Below, piece after piece: positions 1 through 11,100 of a stretch of DNA of 64,000 nt; the first letter of the stretch is position 1, and each line of letters opens with the position of its first letter. The position numbers were made by a program, and so were the translations under genes. The notes beneath the pieces were generated by a model. That model had not been told where the DNA came from and ran no database searches. It was given only the letters and a program-made list of their open reading frames with translations. The DNA is from Yuukianura sp. NJ FZ-2021. Taxonomy: Eukaryota. Where the stretch lies: positions 434,001-498,000 of the forward strand of contig JAJCTO010000009.1 in assembly GCA_046563655.1 (NCBI GenBank), given 5' to 3'.

Positions 1-327
1 GAGCCCGAAGAAGTGATGGATGCTGCCGAGGAGGAGCCGCAGGAGGAAGTAGCTGCAGCCGAAGGAAGAGATCGGCGAGATCGGCGAAACTGTCCCCACT
101 GTGGAAGCGAGCGGCATACCGATGTGATGTTTTGCCGCTTTCGTCATTTGCCGGAAGCAGAGGCCAGGAAACGTCATCGGAGGCGACGGCTCAACATGAA
201 TCGCCGTCGGAATCAGCGTATTCGTGCCGAGGAAGAGCGTTTGCAACGAGAAGCAGACCGTGCAGCCAGAGAAGCGGAGGAAGATGGAGCTCGTGTCCCG
301 AGGATTGCCCCGGAACCCGATCTTTAG
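1..327 (+). CDS. C-terminal part of an LTR-element ORF with a CCHC zinc-knuckle-like motif and an Arg/Glu-rich helical tail (5' partial)
   Basis: Frame is open from base 1 (EPEEVMDAA...). Contains CPHCGSERHTDVMFC = C-x2-C-x4-H-x5-C. Stop TAG 325-327 overlaps the PPT. Confidence 0.55.
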   Translation, partial: EPEEVMDAAEEEPQEEVAAAEGRDRRDRRNCPHCGSERHTDVMFCRFRHLPEAEARKRHRRRRLNMNRRRNQRIRAEEERLQREADRAAREAEEDGARVPRIAPEPDL

Positions 328-338
328 AAGGAGGAAGG

Positions 339-743
339 TGTAGAGCCCCGGTTTTCCCCCATTAGGTTAGGGTCAGTTGCCCCTTGAGGTTAGGGTGTGG
401 CCCTAGATTAGTGTTAGGTTAGTGTAGTTAGGCTTTAGTGTAGTTTAGCCTGTAGTGAGATTTGGTTTGGCGTTTTAGCGCGAGTTTCGAGTAGAGTTGG
501 CGTGGTAGAGGAGAGAGAGGCTGGTTGTGCCAGTCAGTCGGTTTTTGGTGTTTGGTTCAGCATGAGCTGAGACTTTGTATCATTGTGTACAAATAAATAT
601 CTTTTATATTTATTTGTCTCTGTGTCTTTGTGTTGTTCCTTGGTGTCCCTTTTGGTCCTCAGTTTTGTTGCATGAGTCCGGCAGTGCTCGGATCGTAGTC
701 TGGAGGCCATCTTTGGCAGTTTGGCGTAGCACGAGGTGCTACA
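339..743 (+). repeat. 3' long terminal repeat (405 bp)
   Basis: TG...CA ends (TGTAG/CTACA), preceded by the PPT, with an internal poly(A) signal. The partner LTR is outside the window. Confidence 0.75.
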
Positions 744-2303
744 ATGTTACACCAGCGACTGGACTTCAATTTGTGGAGAACCCACTTAGTTTTTTGCAGA
801 CGCATGTCTGCGATATGCTGTGGAAGACTATTGATACAAATTTGTCGGTGTCGTGTTTTTAGGGCCTTTTGCACTGGAGCACTTAAGGCGGAACAGTCGA
901 ATATGTTTCACATTGAGCTAGCTTCTAGCGCGGTCTTTGTCTTGCTAATCTAACGTAAGTTTCAGCGTAAGTAGTTTACGGCACTGATTTTGAAACCTCA
1001 GTGCGGCTTAGTATATCAAGTTACAACGTATCTGAGTAGCCTGCTCTAACATTTCTCTTTGTATCAAATTTAAGTGGAAAGTTTCCCGGCCATTTGACAA
1101 ATTCATTGTCAAACGCGTCACATGGCATCATAACACAGTTTGTATGTTACACCAGCGACTGGACTTCAATTTGTGGAAAACCCACTTTTAGTTTTTTGCA
1201 GACGCATGTCTGCGACAGGCTGTGGAAGACTATTGATACAAATTTGTCGGTGTCGTGTTTTTAGGGCCCTTTGCACTGGAGTACTTAAGGCGGAACAGTC
1301 GAATATGTTTCACATTGAGCTAGCTTCTAGCGCGGTCTCTGTCTTGCTAATCTAACGTAAGTTTCAGCGTAAGTAGTTTACGGCACTGATTTTGAAACCT
1401 CAGTGCGGGTTAGTATATCAAGTTACAACGTATCTGAGTAGCCTGCTCTAACATTTCTCTTTGTATCAAATTTAAGTGGAAAGTTTCCCGGCCATTTGAC
1501 AAATTCATTGTCAAACGCGTCACATGGCATCATAACACAGTTTGTATGTTACACCAGCGACTGGACTTCAATTTGTGGAAAACCCACTTTTAGTCTTTTG
1601 CAGACGCATGTCTGCGACAGGCTGTGGAAGACTATTGATACAAACTTGTCGGTGTCGTGTTTTTAGGGCCCTTTGCACTGGAGTACTTAAGGCGGAACAG
1701 TCGAATATGTTTCACGTAGAGCTAGTTTCTAGCGCGGTCTCTGTCTTGCTAATCTAACGTAAGTTTCAGCGTAAGTAGTTTACGGCACTGATTTTGAAAC
1801 CTCAGTGCGGGTTAGTATATCAAGTTACAACGTATCTGAGTAGCCTGCTCTAACATTTCTCTTTGTATCAAATTTAAGTGGAAAGTTTCCCGGCCATTTG
1901 ACAAATTCATTGTCAAACGCGTCACATGGCATCATAACACAGTTTGTATGTTACACCAGCGACTGGACTTCAATTTGTGGAAAACCCACTTTTAGTCTTT
2001 TGCAGACGCATGTCTGCGACAGGCTGTGGAAGACTATTGATACAAACTTGTCGGTGTCGTGTTTTTAGGGCCCTTTGCACTGGAGTACTTAAGGCGGAAC
2101 AGTCGAATATGTTTCACGTAGAGCTAGTTTCTAGCGCGGTCTCTGTCTTGCTAATCTAACGTAAGTTTCAGCGTAAGTAGGTTACGGCACTGATTTTGAA
2201 ACCTCAGTGCGGCTTAGTATATCAAGTTACAACGTATTTGAGTAGCCTGCTCTAACATTTCTCTTTGTATCAAATTTAAGTGGAAAGTTTCCCGGCCATT
2301 TGA
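744..2303. repeat. 402-bp tandem satellite, block 1 (~3.9 copies)
   Basis: Near-identical units recur with period 402 (matching ORF starts at 1140, 1542, 1944). Confidence 0.97.
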
Positions 2304-2498
2304 GTTTGAGTTTGAGTTTATTATACTGCAAGTACCCTGCATGCAGGCCATTACACTTGAGTTTGACTTACGTTAAGAAAGGATGTATTACTTTAGTTAG
2401 TTGGTAGGTCAATGAAAACAAATATTGAAAAATATGAGGCAATTTAAAAAAGGGTTACATATCTAAAATTAAGATAAAAAGTTAAAATTAAAATTATT

Positions 2499-4406
2499 TC
2501 AGACAAAAGAATTACTTAAGGTAGAGTCAAGACAGGACATGTTTGCTAGGTTTGAACTTTTTGTCGTCGTCAAGATTTGTAAATTCAGAAAATGCTTGTG
2601 AGTGGCATTCCGGAAGGGTTCAAATGGTTTGCCAATTCCAAGATCCTGAAGTTCAGTCGGTAAGGCGCAGATTATTTTGGCAATTGTAGGAATAAATGCC
2701 TTTGAATGGAAAAGTTTGTCACTCATAGAAACATAGGATCCGCTTCGTGTGGATTTTCTTTGTTTTAGACAGTTTTCAATTTGTAAGATGGTCTCCTGGA
2801 AGTATGGAATTTGATGAGACTTCATTTTAGCAAATACTTGAACCAATTCGAAGAGGTTGTGATGGGTAGGTAGTAACCATTGGAGTTCAAAGTTTAGCTT
2901 CTCCATGACACAGTCGCGTTTTCTGAATTGATAGATGAATCTTATACTTTTCCGAAAAATGTTGTTGATGCACTTAAATTGGGAGGTTTTGCAGTTTGCC
3001 CAAATAACCAGCATGTATTGCAAAATTGGAGAGATGTATGAAGTAACCATTAACTTCCTGTGTTGTTCGGAGAGAAGATTTTGAATTGGGTAGAGTGACC
3101 ACAATATTGAATTGCATTTCTTGATTATGGAGATGTGATGTTCACACCATGTTAACGTATTGTCAATTGTAAGACCGAGTGATTTGAATGATGTTACACT
3201 TGTCACACTAGTGTTTCCCACTTGAAGTTGAATTAAGCCAATTTTGTCAATTATTTTCTTTTTCCCAATCAAAAGCACTTTGGTTTTTTCCATGTTCAAT
3301 GACATATGATTGCTTTCCATCCAGTTATTAATTTTTCCAATTAATATTTCTGCTCTTTGAATTAAGGAATTCACATGGTCTGGATCATCTGCAAGCACAA
3401 TGTTGTTGTCGTCTGCAAATAGAATTGCAGACGGTTCAGTGATGATTTCCAAAATGTCATTGATCATAATAGCAAACAGTAGAGGACCAAGTACTGAGCC
3501 TTGTGGAACTGACGAAATGGTTTGACGGGAAGTTGAACTTGAATTGTGAATTTCTACATGCTGTGACCTACTGATCAGATTGGATTCAAACAATTTAGTT
3601 GAAATGTTGTACCACTGCATTTTATCAATAAGGAAACCTTTGTTGACCGTGTCAAAAGCCTTTTTGAGATCCAAGGAAATCACCAGACAGATTTTGCCAT
3701 GATTAAGGTGGGAGTATATTATGTCCATTAGTGCCAGTTGAGCCAATGTAGTTGAGTGGCGCTGTCGAAATCCAAATTGGGCCTTATTCAGTAGAGAGTG
3801 GCTGTTCAAAAACTCAGTTAATTGATAGTGAGCAACTTTTTCTAAGAGTTTACCAAGCACTGGTTGGAGGGAGATTGGTCTAGTGTCGGATGGGTGTTTT
3901 GTAACTTTCACTTTTGGCAGTGGAATAACTTTTGAATGTTGAAACAATGATGGAAACACTTTTGTTTCAAAGCTTTTGTTTACAAGATTTAGCAGTTGCG
4001 TTTTTATGTTAGGCGCACTTTCACTGTGGGAAATAATCCAGTTTGAAATGCCGAATTGATCGCTACTTCTGGATTGTTTGTTTTTCACATTCTTCCAAAT
4101 CTTGTTAAATTGATGAACTGTCACTGACTTGAGAACAAAAGTTTCAGGGGGAGTGACAATAGAAGTTGGTTTGATTGGGCAAAGTGTCGATACTGTTTGT
4201 GGTGTGGTGATTGAGGTAAAATATTCATTGATTTCATCTGCACTCATAGGGAGATCATTGAATTTTGATTTTGTTTTTGACCAGACTTTTGAAATTGCCT
4301 TAAAAGGGCCAAGTTTTTCAATGTCAAGGTTTAGGGTGTCTTTTCTATCACGTAATACAGCTGACTTCGAGTTTGAGTGCTTGATCTCTATTTTTGACAC
4401 TTCCAT
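2499..4406 (-). pseudogene. LINE ORF2, reverse transcriptase portion (frameshifted from the APE portion)
   Basis: RT motifs PLPK...RPISL, QFGFR, LDLKKAFDTV, VPQGSVLGPLLF, LFADD, SLGLTID. Overlaps the APE ORF in another frame near 4350-4400. Confidence 0.92.
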
Positions 4407-5358
4407 TTGAGTGCTGGCCCCTTAATAAAATCAGATTTTTGGTTTCTTGTGAAAGTGTAAGTGGCACAACTTTCGGTACAAATGAAACAATTTTGGTTTT
4501 TGCTGTGTCATCAAAGTTGGTTTTGAATTTCTGCATAAATTCGTGGAACTGGGAATTTAAATCCATATCACTGGTTTGGAATGTTGTGAACACATTCTTG
4601 AGGCCAAATTCCTCAAAGTCAAAATTTTTGTAGTCTCGATATGTAAACTGCACTCGTGGAATCTTTGGCTTCGTCAAGTTGAGTGTTAGAAGGGTCATCG
4701 CATGGTAAGAAATATGAGGATCGATGACACAATGATCAACTACTGTTGAATCAGAGCTGGTGAATATTAGGTCCAGTATGGACTCTCCCCTTGTTGGTTG
4801 TTCAACTAGTTGATGGAATATGGATGTTGTTTTTTTAACTAGATGACGACATTTAGGCGGAATGTACTTCTGGTTCAAGTCGAAGTCTCCAAAAACGAAG
4901 CTATTTTTTCTGCTGAGACTCAATTCATTAAAGAGTTTGTGTAATGAGTCTAAATCAGTGCTGATTATTTCAGAGGAGTAATTAGGAATACGGTAAACAC
5001 TGGAGACGAGAAAGCATTTGTTGTTGTTGAGTTGAATTGATAGGGTAATCACTTCAAAGTTACAGTTAAGAGGCACGTTGACAACTTTCACTTTTGACTT
5101 CAGGGTAGATCTAACAAGGATGCCTACACCTCCTTTTGCTTGCCATTCTCTGTCTAGGTGAAAGAATTCGAATCCTTCAATTGATCTTGGTGGGTTAGTG
5201 ATCTTCAGATGCGTTTCAGAGATACACAAGACGTCGAGATTGTAAGATTCAATCAGTATTTTTGTTAATTCACATTTAGAGTTGAATCCACAAACATTAA
5301 GTCCAGCAATTTTCAATTTTTTACAGGAAGTTGATGGAGCCGCGTCAAGATGATCTAG
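4348..5358 (-). pseudogene. LINE ORF2, apurinic-like endonuclease (APE) portion
   Basis: Motifs GLNV, LCISETHL, GGVGI, VYRIP, GDFD (usually GDFN), PTR...LDLIF, SYH (usually SDH). Frame is open right from the ORF1 stop with no ATG. Confidence 0.9.
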
Positions 5359-6108
5359 TCATTTCTGGTTTGGGTGAGAATTACTAACTCGAGGTTGAGG
5401 CAAAATTGTAGGATTTGACGTGCGTTTGAGTGCTCTGTTGATTCTTGTAGCTTTGGGTACGTCATCTCTAAGTACAAGTCTATCACCAGGTGGTGAGGTC
5501 GGCAAGTCAAATCGTTTTCCACAAACAGCGTTTCTTTCGTTTCTGGATCTGAAAACAATTTTTACGGGAGGAATTCGAGTGCCATTGAAGTTACCAAGAC
5601 GGGAGGCGGCAGAGACGAAGTTAGTGTTATTGAGTCCAGTCAATTCAGAGCAGAGATTTTCAATGTAATCGTTAAGTAGAGATTCGGTTTCATTCGTAAG
5701 TTTGTTCAGTCCATGCAGGATGAGGTTCGATTTACCAAGTTCAATCTGGATTTTTTCAATTTCCTTGTCATGTGTGGATAGTTTGGCAGTGTCCGCATCT
5801 TGTCTTGATTCAACAATAGAAACTCGGCTTTGAAGTGATGCGATTTGAGATGAGAGGTCGGTAATTTGCTGGGACAGTTTGTGATTGTCTTTTTGTAGAT
5901 CAATTCGAAGCTGATTAATGGCTGCCAGTACAGTTTCGTTGGCTATTTTCGGTTTCTTTGGGCCAAGGGAAGCAGAATTGTCGTCGACTGAAATATTGGC
6001 TTTTCGTGTTGAACTTCTTGTGTTTGGTTGATTTGTGTTCGGCAACTGAACAACGTTCGCAGTGTCTGGTGGAGTATTAATCGTGGAGTCACTGGTTAGG
6101 GAACTCAT
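5359..6108 (-). CDS. LINE ORF1 (low-complexity N-terminus, coiled coil, RRM-like region)
   Basis: Heptad coiled coil (INQLRIDLQKDNHKLSQQITDLSSQIASLQSRVSIVE) followed by SNLILHGL...RLG...PVKIVF, a typical ORF1 layout. First ATG at 6108. Confidence 0.8.
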   Translation of the reverse strand: MSSLTSDSTINTPPDTANVVQLPNTNQPNTRSSTRKANISVDDNSASLGPKKPKIANETVLAAINQLRIDLQKDNHKLSQQITDLSSQIASLQSRVSIVESRQDADTAKLSTHDKEIEKIQIELGKSNLILHGLNKLTNETESLLNDYIENLCSELTGLNNTNFVSAASRLGNFNGTRIPPVKIVFRSRNERNAVCGKRFDLPTSPPGDRLVLRDDVPKATRINRALKRTSNPTILPQPRVSNSHPNQK

Positions 6109-6279
6109 TGGGAGGATGTACAATGTCCGTCAGGCACCAAAAAATTACTTCCATTTCCGTTTGCTTGTTTGATGAGTTTCTTCCTGGATGTCCGCAAGAG
6201 CCTTTAGTCCACTGTTCGTTGATGTTGATCCGTGGAGGTCACGTATGTCAATGGAAGCACCAGTTATGTCCAAGTATTT

Positions 6280-6731
6280 TTTTTTTGGAGAGTTAATTGA
6301 CATTAGCATTTAGCTTTATCAACAGGGGTAGGGAATTTCTGGGTTGGGTTGAGGTCCTATGAGGTGGGGCGGTGGTACAGTCAGATAGTTGGCGAGAGGT
6401 TCTGAGGGAAGGACGAAAGGCTTTCTGCTAGAGCTGAACGGGCTAGGGCCCTACCACATATCACAGCTCCAGGCAAGTGACAGGAACAGCATCGTACGCA
6501 TACCGGCCCACGACCCCCCTCCACAACTGCAACTACTGACCTCTTCACACCCACCCATAACCCCCAAACTGACCTATCATCCGAACACCCCATCTGGGCT
6601 AGGAAAGTGGGAAAACCATTTCTGGAAAACGACTTTCGTGTCGGCGACGCCGGGACTCGAACCCGCGCCCGTCCAAGGTGTTAGTAGGATAGAGCCGGAG
6701 CTCTAGTCCCCCCGGCCTACGGGCCTTGGAC
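6280..6731 (-). mobile_element. tRNA-derived SINE (~450 bp) nested in the LINE 5' UTR
   Basis: 15-bp TSD TATGTCCAAGTATTT at 6265-6279 and 6732-6746. Poly(A) tail (T run 6277-6286). The minus-strand head has an A-box-like TAGGCCGGGGGG and the B box GGTTCGAGTCCC. Confidence 0.88.
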
Positions 6732-7184
6732 TATGTCCAAGTATTTCGTCCATCGTTTGTTCGGAAAGTAAAAGAACAAATACAAGCGATTAGAACCAGG
6801 TACCAACGATTAAGACAGAACGATCTGCACCTGGGTCAATCCCGTTCCGGTAGGGATACACCTCGACGTATGCGTTTGGTTTAGATGAAGGACGCAGAAT
6901 CCCAAGTCTCGTAACGTCAGATTAATGTGTTTCACAAAATATGATCACGAATGGCTCCGTCAGTCCAATTCAAATCAAAGCTTATCGATTAGTTATGATC
7001 AATCTCAAAATCAGCTGGAAAGATATCACCTTAGTCAATCCCACTCCGGCAGGGATACGACACTACGTAAGCAGTTGCTTTATTTGATGATCGATCCAGT
7101 GTAGTGGAGAATGAGTAGTGGAAGAAGGGATTGTAGATTGGGATTGCTTCAACTTGCTTCAAATTGACATTTCGGTTTTGGTGA

Positions 7185-8129
7185 CATTTGACAAATTCAT
7201 TGTCAAACGCGTCACATGGCATCATAACACAGTTTGTATGTTACACCAGCGACTGGACTTCAATTTGTGGAAAACCCACTTTTAGTGTTTTGCAGACGCA
7301 TGTATGCGACAGGCTGTGGAAGACTATTGATACAAATTTGTCGGTGTCGTGTTTTTTGGGCCTTTTGCACTGGAGTACTTAAGGCGGAACAGTCGAATAT
7401 GTTTCACATTGAGCTAGTTTCTAGCGCGGTCTCTGTCTTGCTAATCTAAGGTAAGTTTCAGCGTAAATAGGTTAGGGCACTGATTTTGAAACCTTAGTGC
7501 GGCTTAGTATATCAAGTTACAACGTATCTGAGTAGTCTGCTCTAACATTTCTCTTTGTATCAAATTTAAGTGGAGAGTTTCCCGGGAATTTCACAAATTC
7601 ATTGTCAAACGCGTCACATGGCCCATAACACAGTTTGTATGTTACACCAGCGACTGGACTTCAATGTGTAGAATACCCACTTTTAGTCTTTTGCAGACGC
7701 ATGTCTGCGAAAGGCTGTGGAAGGCTATTGATACAAATTTGTCGGTGTCGTATTTTTAGGGCCCTTTGCGGTGGAGTACTTAAGGCGGAACAGTCGAATA
7801 TATTTCACATAGAGCTGGCTTCTAGCGCGGTCTCTGTCTTGCTAATCTAACGTAAGTTTCAGCGTAAGTAGGTTACGGCACTGATTTTGAAACCTCAGTT
7901 CGGCTTAGTATATCAAGTTACAACGTATCTGAGTAGCCTGCTCTAACATTTCTCTTTGTATCAAATTTAAGTGGAAAGTTCCCCGGCCATTTGACAAATT
8001 TATTGTCAAACGCGTCACATGGCATCATAACACAATTTGTATGTTACACCAGCGACTGGACTTCAATTTGTGGAAAACCCACTTTTAGTGTTTTGCAGAC
8101 GCATGTCTGCGACAGGCTGTGGATACAAA
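7185..8129. repeat. 402-bp tandem satellite, block 2 (~2.3 copies)
   Basis: Same unit as 744-2303 (matching ORF starts at 7234, 7635, 8037), slightly more diverged. Confidence 0.96.
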
Positions 8130-11100
8130 TTGAATTATAAACGGGGTTATGAACTGCTCGGCACTCTTTTCTGTTATCGTCGAGGGAAGATTATCGTTAC
8201 AACGTATTTTAAAACAGAGAAATCCCCGCTGCTACAAGTGGCAGCTCTGGGTGACATGCAAACTTATAGTAGCCACCATAGCCTCCATGAGAAGGAGCAA
8301 ACAGATATTTTGAAAGCATTCTTGTACAAGAGAACGGTGTGATCAACAAAATGTTTATGTCTACTCATTTTCGAAAATTTGTTGAATTAGAAACGGGGTT
8401 ATGAACTGCTCGGCACTGTTTTCTGTTATCGTCAAAGGAAGATTATCGGTACAACGTATTTTACCACAGAGAAATCCCCGCTGCTACAAGTGGCAGCTCT
8501 GACTGACATGCAAACTTATAGTAGCCACCATAGCCTCCATGAGAAGGAGCAAACAGATATTTTGGAAGCAATCTTGTACTAGAGAACGGTTTGATCAACA
8601 AAATGTGTAATGTCTACTCATTTTCGAAAATTTGTTGAATTAGAAACGGGGTTATGAACTGCTCGGCACTATTTTCTGTTATCGTCAAAGGAAGATTATC
8701 GGTACAACGTATTTTACCACAGAGAAATCCCCGCTGCTACAAGTGGCAGCTCTGACTGACATACAAACTTATAGAAGCCACCATAGCCTCCATGAGACGG
8801 AGCAAACAGATATTTTGGAAGCAATCTTGTACTAGAGAACGGTGTGATCAACAAAATGTGTAATTTCTACTCATTTCCGAAAATTTGTTGAATTATAAAC
8901 AGCGCTATGAACTGCTCGGCACTCTTTCCTGTTATCGTCGATGGAAGATTATCGGTACAACGTATTTTACCACAGAGAAATCCCCGCTGCTACAAGTGGC
9001 ACCTCTGAATGACATGCAAACTTATAGTAGCCACCATAGCCTCCATGAGAAGGAGCAAACAGATATTTTGAAAGCATTCTTGTACAAGGGAACGGTGTGA
9101 TCAACAAAATGTGTAATTTCCACTTATTTTCGAAAATTTGTTGAATTATAAACGGGGTTATGAACTGCTCGGCACTATTTTTTGTTATCGTCAAAGGAAG
9201 ATTATCGGTACAACGTATTTTACCACAGAGAAATCCCCGCTGCTACAAGTGGCAGCTCTGACTGACATGCAAACTTATAGTAGCCACCATAGCATCCATG
9301 AGAAGGAGCAAACAGATATTTTGAAAGCATTCTTGTACAAGGGAACGGTGTGATCAACAAAATGTGTAATTTCCACTCATTCTCGAAAAGTTTTTGATTT
9401 ATAAACGGGGTTATGAACTGCTCGGCACTATCTTCTGTTATCGTCAAAGGAAGATTATCGGTACAACGTATTTTACCACAGAGAAATCCCCGCTGCTACA
9501 AGTGGCAGCTCTGACTGACATGCAAACTTATAGTAGCCACCATAGCCTCCATGAGAAGGAGCAAACAGATATTTTGGAAGCAATCTTGTACTAGAGAACG
9601 GTTTGATCAACAAAATGTGTAATGTCTACTCATTTTCGAAAATTTGTTGAATTAGAAACGGGGTTATGAACTGCTCGGCACTATTTTCTGTTATCGTCAA
9701 AGGAAGATTATCGGTACAACGTATTTTACCACAGAGAAATCCCCGCTGCTACAAGTGGCAGCTCTGACTGACATACAAACTTATAGAAGCCACCATAGCC
9801 TCCATGAGACGGAGCAAACAGATATTTTGGAAGCAATCTTGTACTAGAGAACGGTGTGATCAACAAAATGTGTAATTTCTACTCATTTTCGAAAATTTGT
9901 TGAATTATAAACGGGGTTATGAACTGCTCGGCACTCTTTCCTGTTATCGTCGAAGGAAGATTATCGGTACAACGTATTTTACCACAGAGAAATCCCCGCT
10001 GCTACAAGTGGCAGCTCTGACTGACACGCAAACTTATAGTAGCCACCATAGCCTCCATGAGAAGGAGCAAACAGATATTTTGAAAGCAATCTTGTACTAG
10101 AGAACGGTGTGATCAACAAAATGTGTAATTTCTACTCATTTCCGAAAATTTGTTGAATTATAAACAGCGCTATGAACTGCTCGGCACTCTTTCCTGTTAT
10201 CGTCGAGGGAAGATTATCGGTACAACGTATTTTACCACAGAGAAATCCCCGCTGCTACAAGTGGCAGCTCTGAGTGACATGCAAACTTATAGTAGCCACC
10301 ATAGCCTCCATGAGAAGGAGCAAACAGATATTTTGAAAGCATTCTTGTACAAGGGAACGGTGTGATCAACAAAATGTGTAATTTCCACTCATTTTCGAAA
10401 ATTTTTTGAATTATAAACGGGGTTATGAACTGCTCGGCACTATTTTCTGTTATCGTCAAAGGAAGATTATCGGTACAACGTATTTTACCACAGAGAAATC
10501 CCCGCTGCTACAAGTGGCAGCTCTGACTGACATACAAACTTATAGTAGCCACCATTGCCTCCATGAGAAGGAGCAAACAGATATTTTGCAAGCAACCTTG
10601 TACTAGAGAACGGTGTGATCAACAAAATGTGTAATTTCCACTCATTTTCGAAAATTTGTTGAATTATAAACAGGGTTATGAACTGCTCGGCACTCTTTCC
10701 TGTTATCGTCAAAGGAAGATTATCGGTACAACGTATTTTACCACAGAGAAATCCCCGCTGCTACAAGTGGCAGCTCTGACTGACATGCAAACTTATAGTA
10801 GCCACCATAGCCTCCATGAGAAGGAGCAAACAGATATTTTGAAAGCAATCTTGTACTAGAGAACGGTGTGATCAACAAAATGTGTAATTTCTACTCATTT
10901 TCGAAAATTTGTTGAATTATAAACGGGGTTATGAACTGCTCGGCACTCTTTTCTGTTATCGTCAAAGGAAGATTATCGGTACAACGTATTTTACCACAGA
11001 GAAATCCCCGCTGCTACAAGTGGCAGCTCTGACTGACATGCAAACTTATAGTAGCCACCATAGCCTCCATGAGAAGGAGCAAACAGATATTTTGAAAGCA

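Larger units (their letters stand above)
1..743 (+). mobile_element. 3' end of an LTR retrotransposon (ORF end + PPT + 3' LTR), truncated by window start
   Basis: Polypurine tract AGAAGGAGGAAGG (326-338) is immediately followed by TGTAG (339). The segment ends CTACA (743), giving 5-bp inverted termini. AATAAA at 592-597 followed by GT-rich sequence. The 402-bp satellite resumes mid-monomer at 744. Confidence 0.8.
2304..7184 (-). mobile_element. Full-length non-LTR retrotransposon (LINE), CR1/L2-group-like, decayed
   Basis: ORF1 + APE + RT on the minus strand. 3' end reads AATAAA followed by a (CTCAAA)n tail (TTTGAG repeats, ~2299-2316 on +). TSD CATTTGA at 2297-2303 and 7185-7191. The satellite monomer continues seamlessly across the insertion. 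Confidence 0.93.

Noticed and set aside
6400..6430. Hammerhead ribozyme core (CTGAGGGA...GAAA) in the SINE
   Set aside because: Does not match CUGANGA, and the required stems are not evident.
4129..6706. Plus-strand ORFs within the LINE and SINE
   Set aside because: Antisense shadows of ORF1/ORF2 or chance ORFs in the SINE.
6640..6731. Functional tRNA gene
   Set aside because: A B box is present but no convincing cloverleaf; it is the head of a TSD-flanked, poly(A)-tailed SINE.
575..8342. Repeated 71-aa ORFs (MYVTPATGLQF...)
   Set aside because: Translations of the 402-bp satellite with TTG starts; no coding evidence.
8368..8400. CENP-B box in the 253-bp monomer (TTCG...CGGG)
   Set aside because: Spacing between TTCG and CGGG is about 20 nt rather than the required 7.
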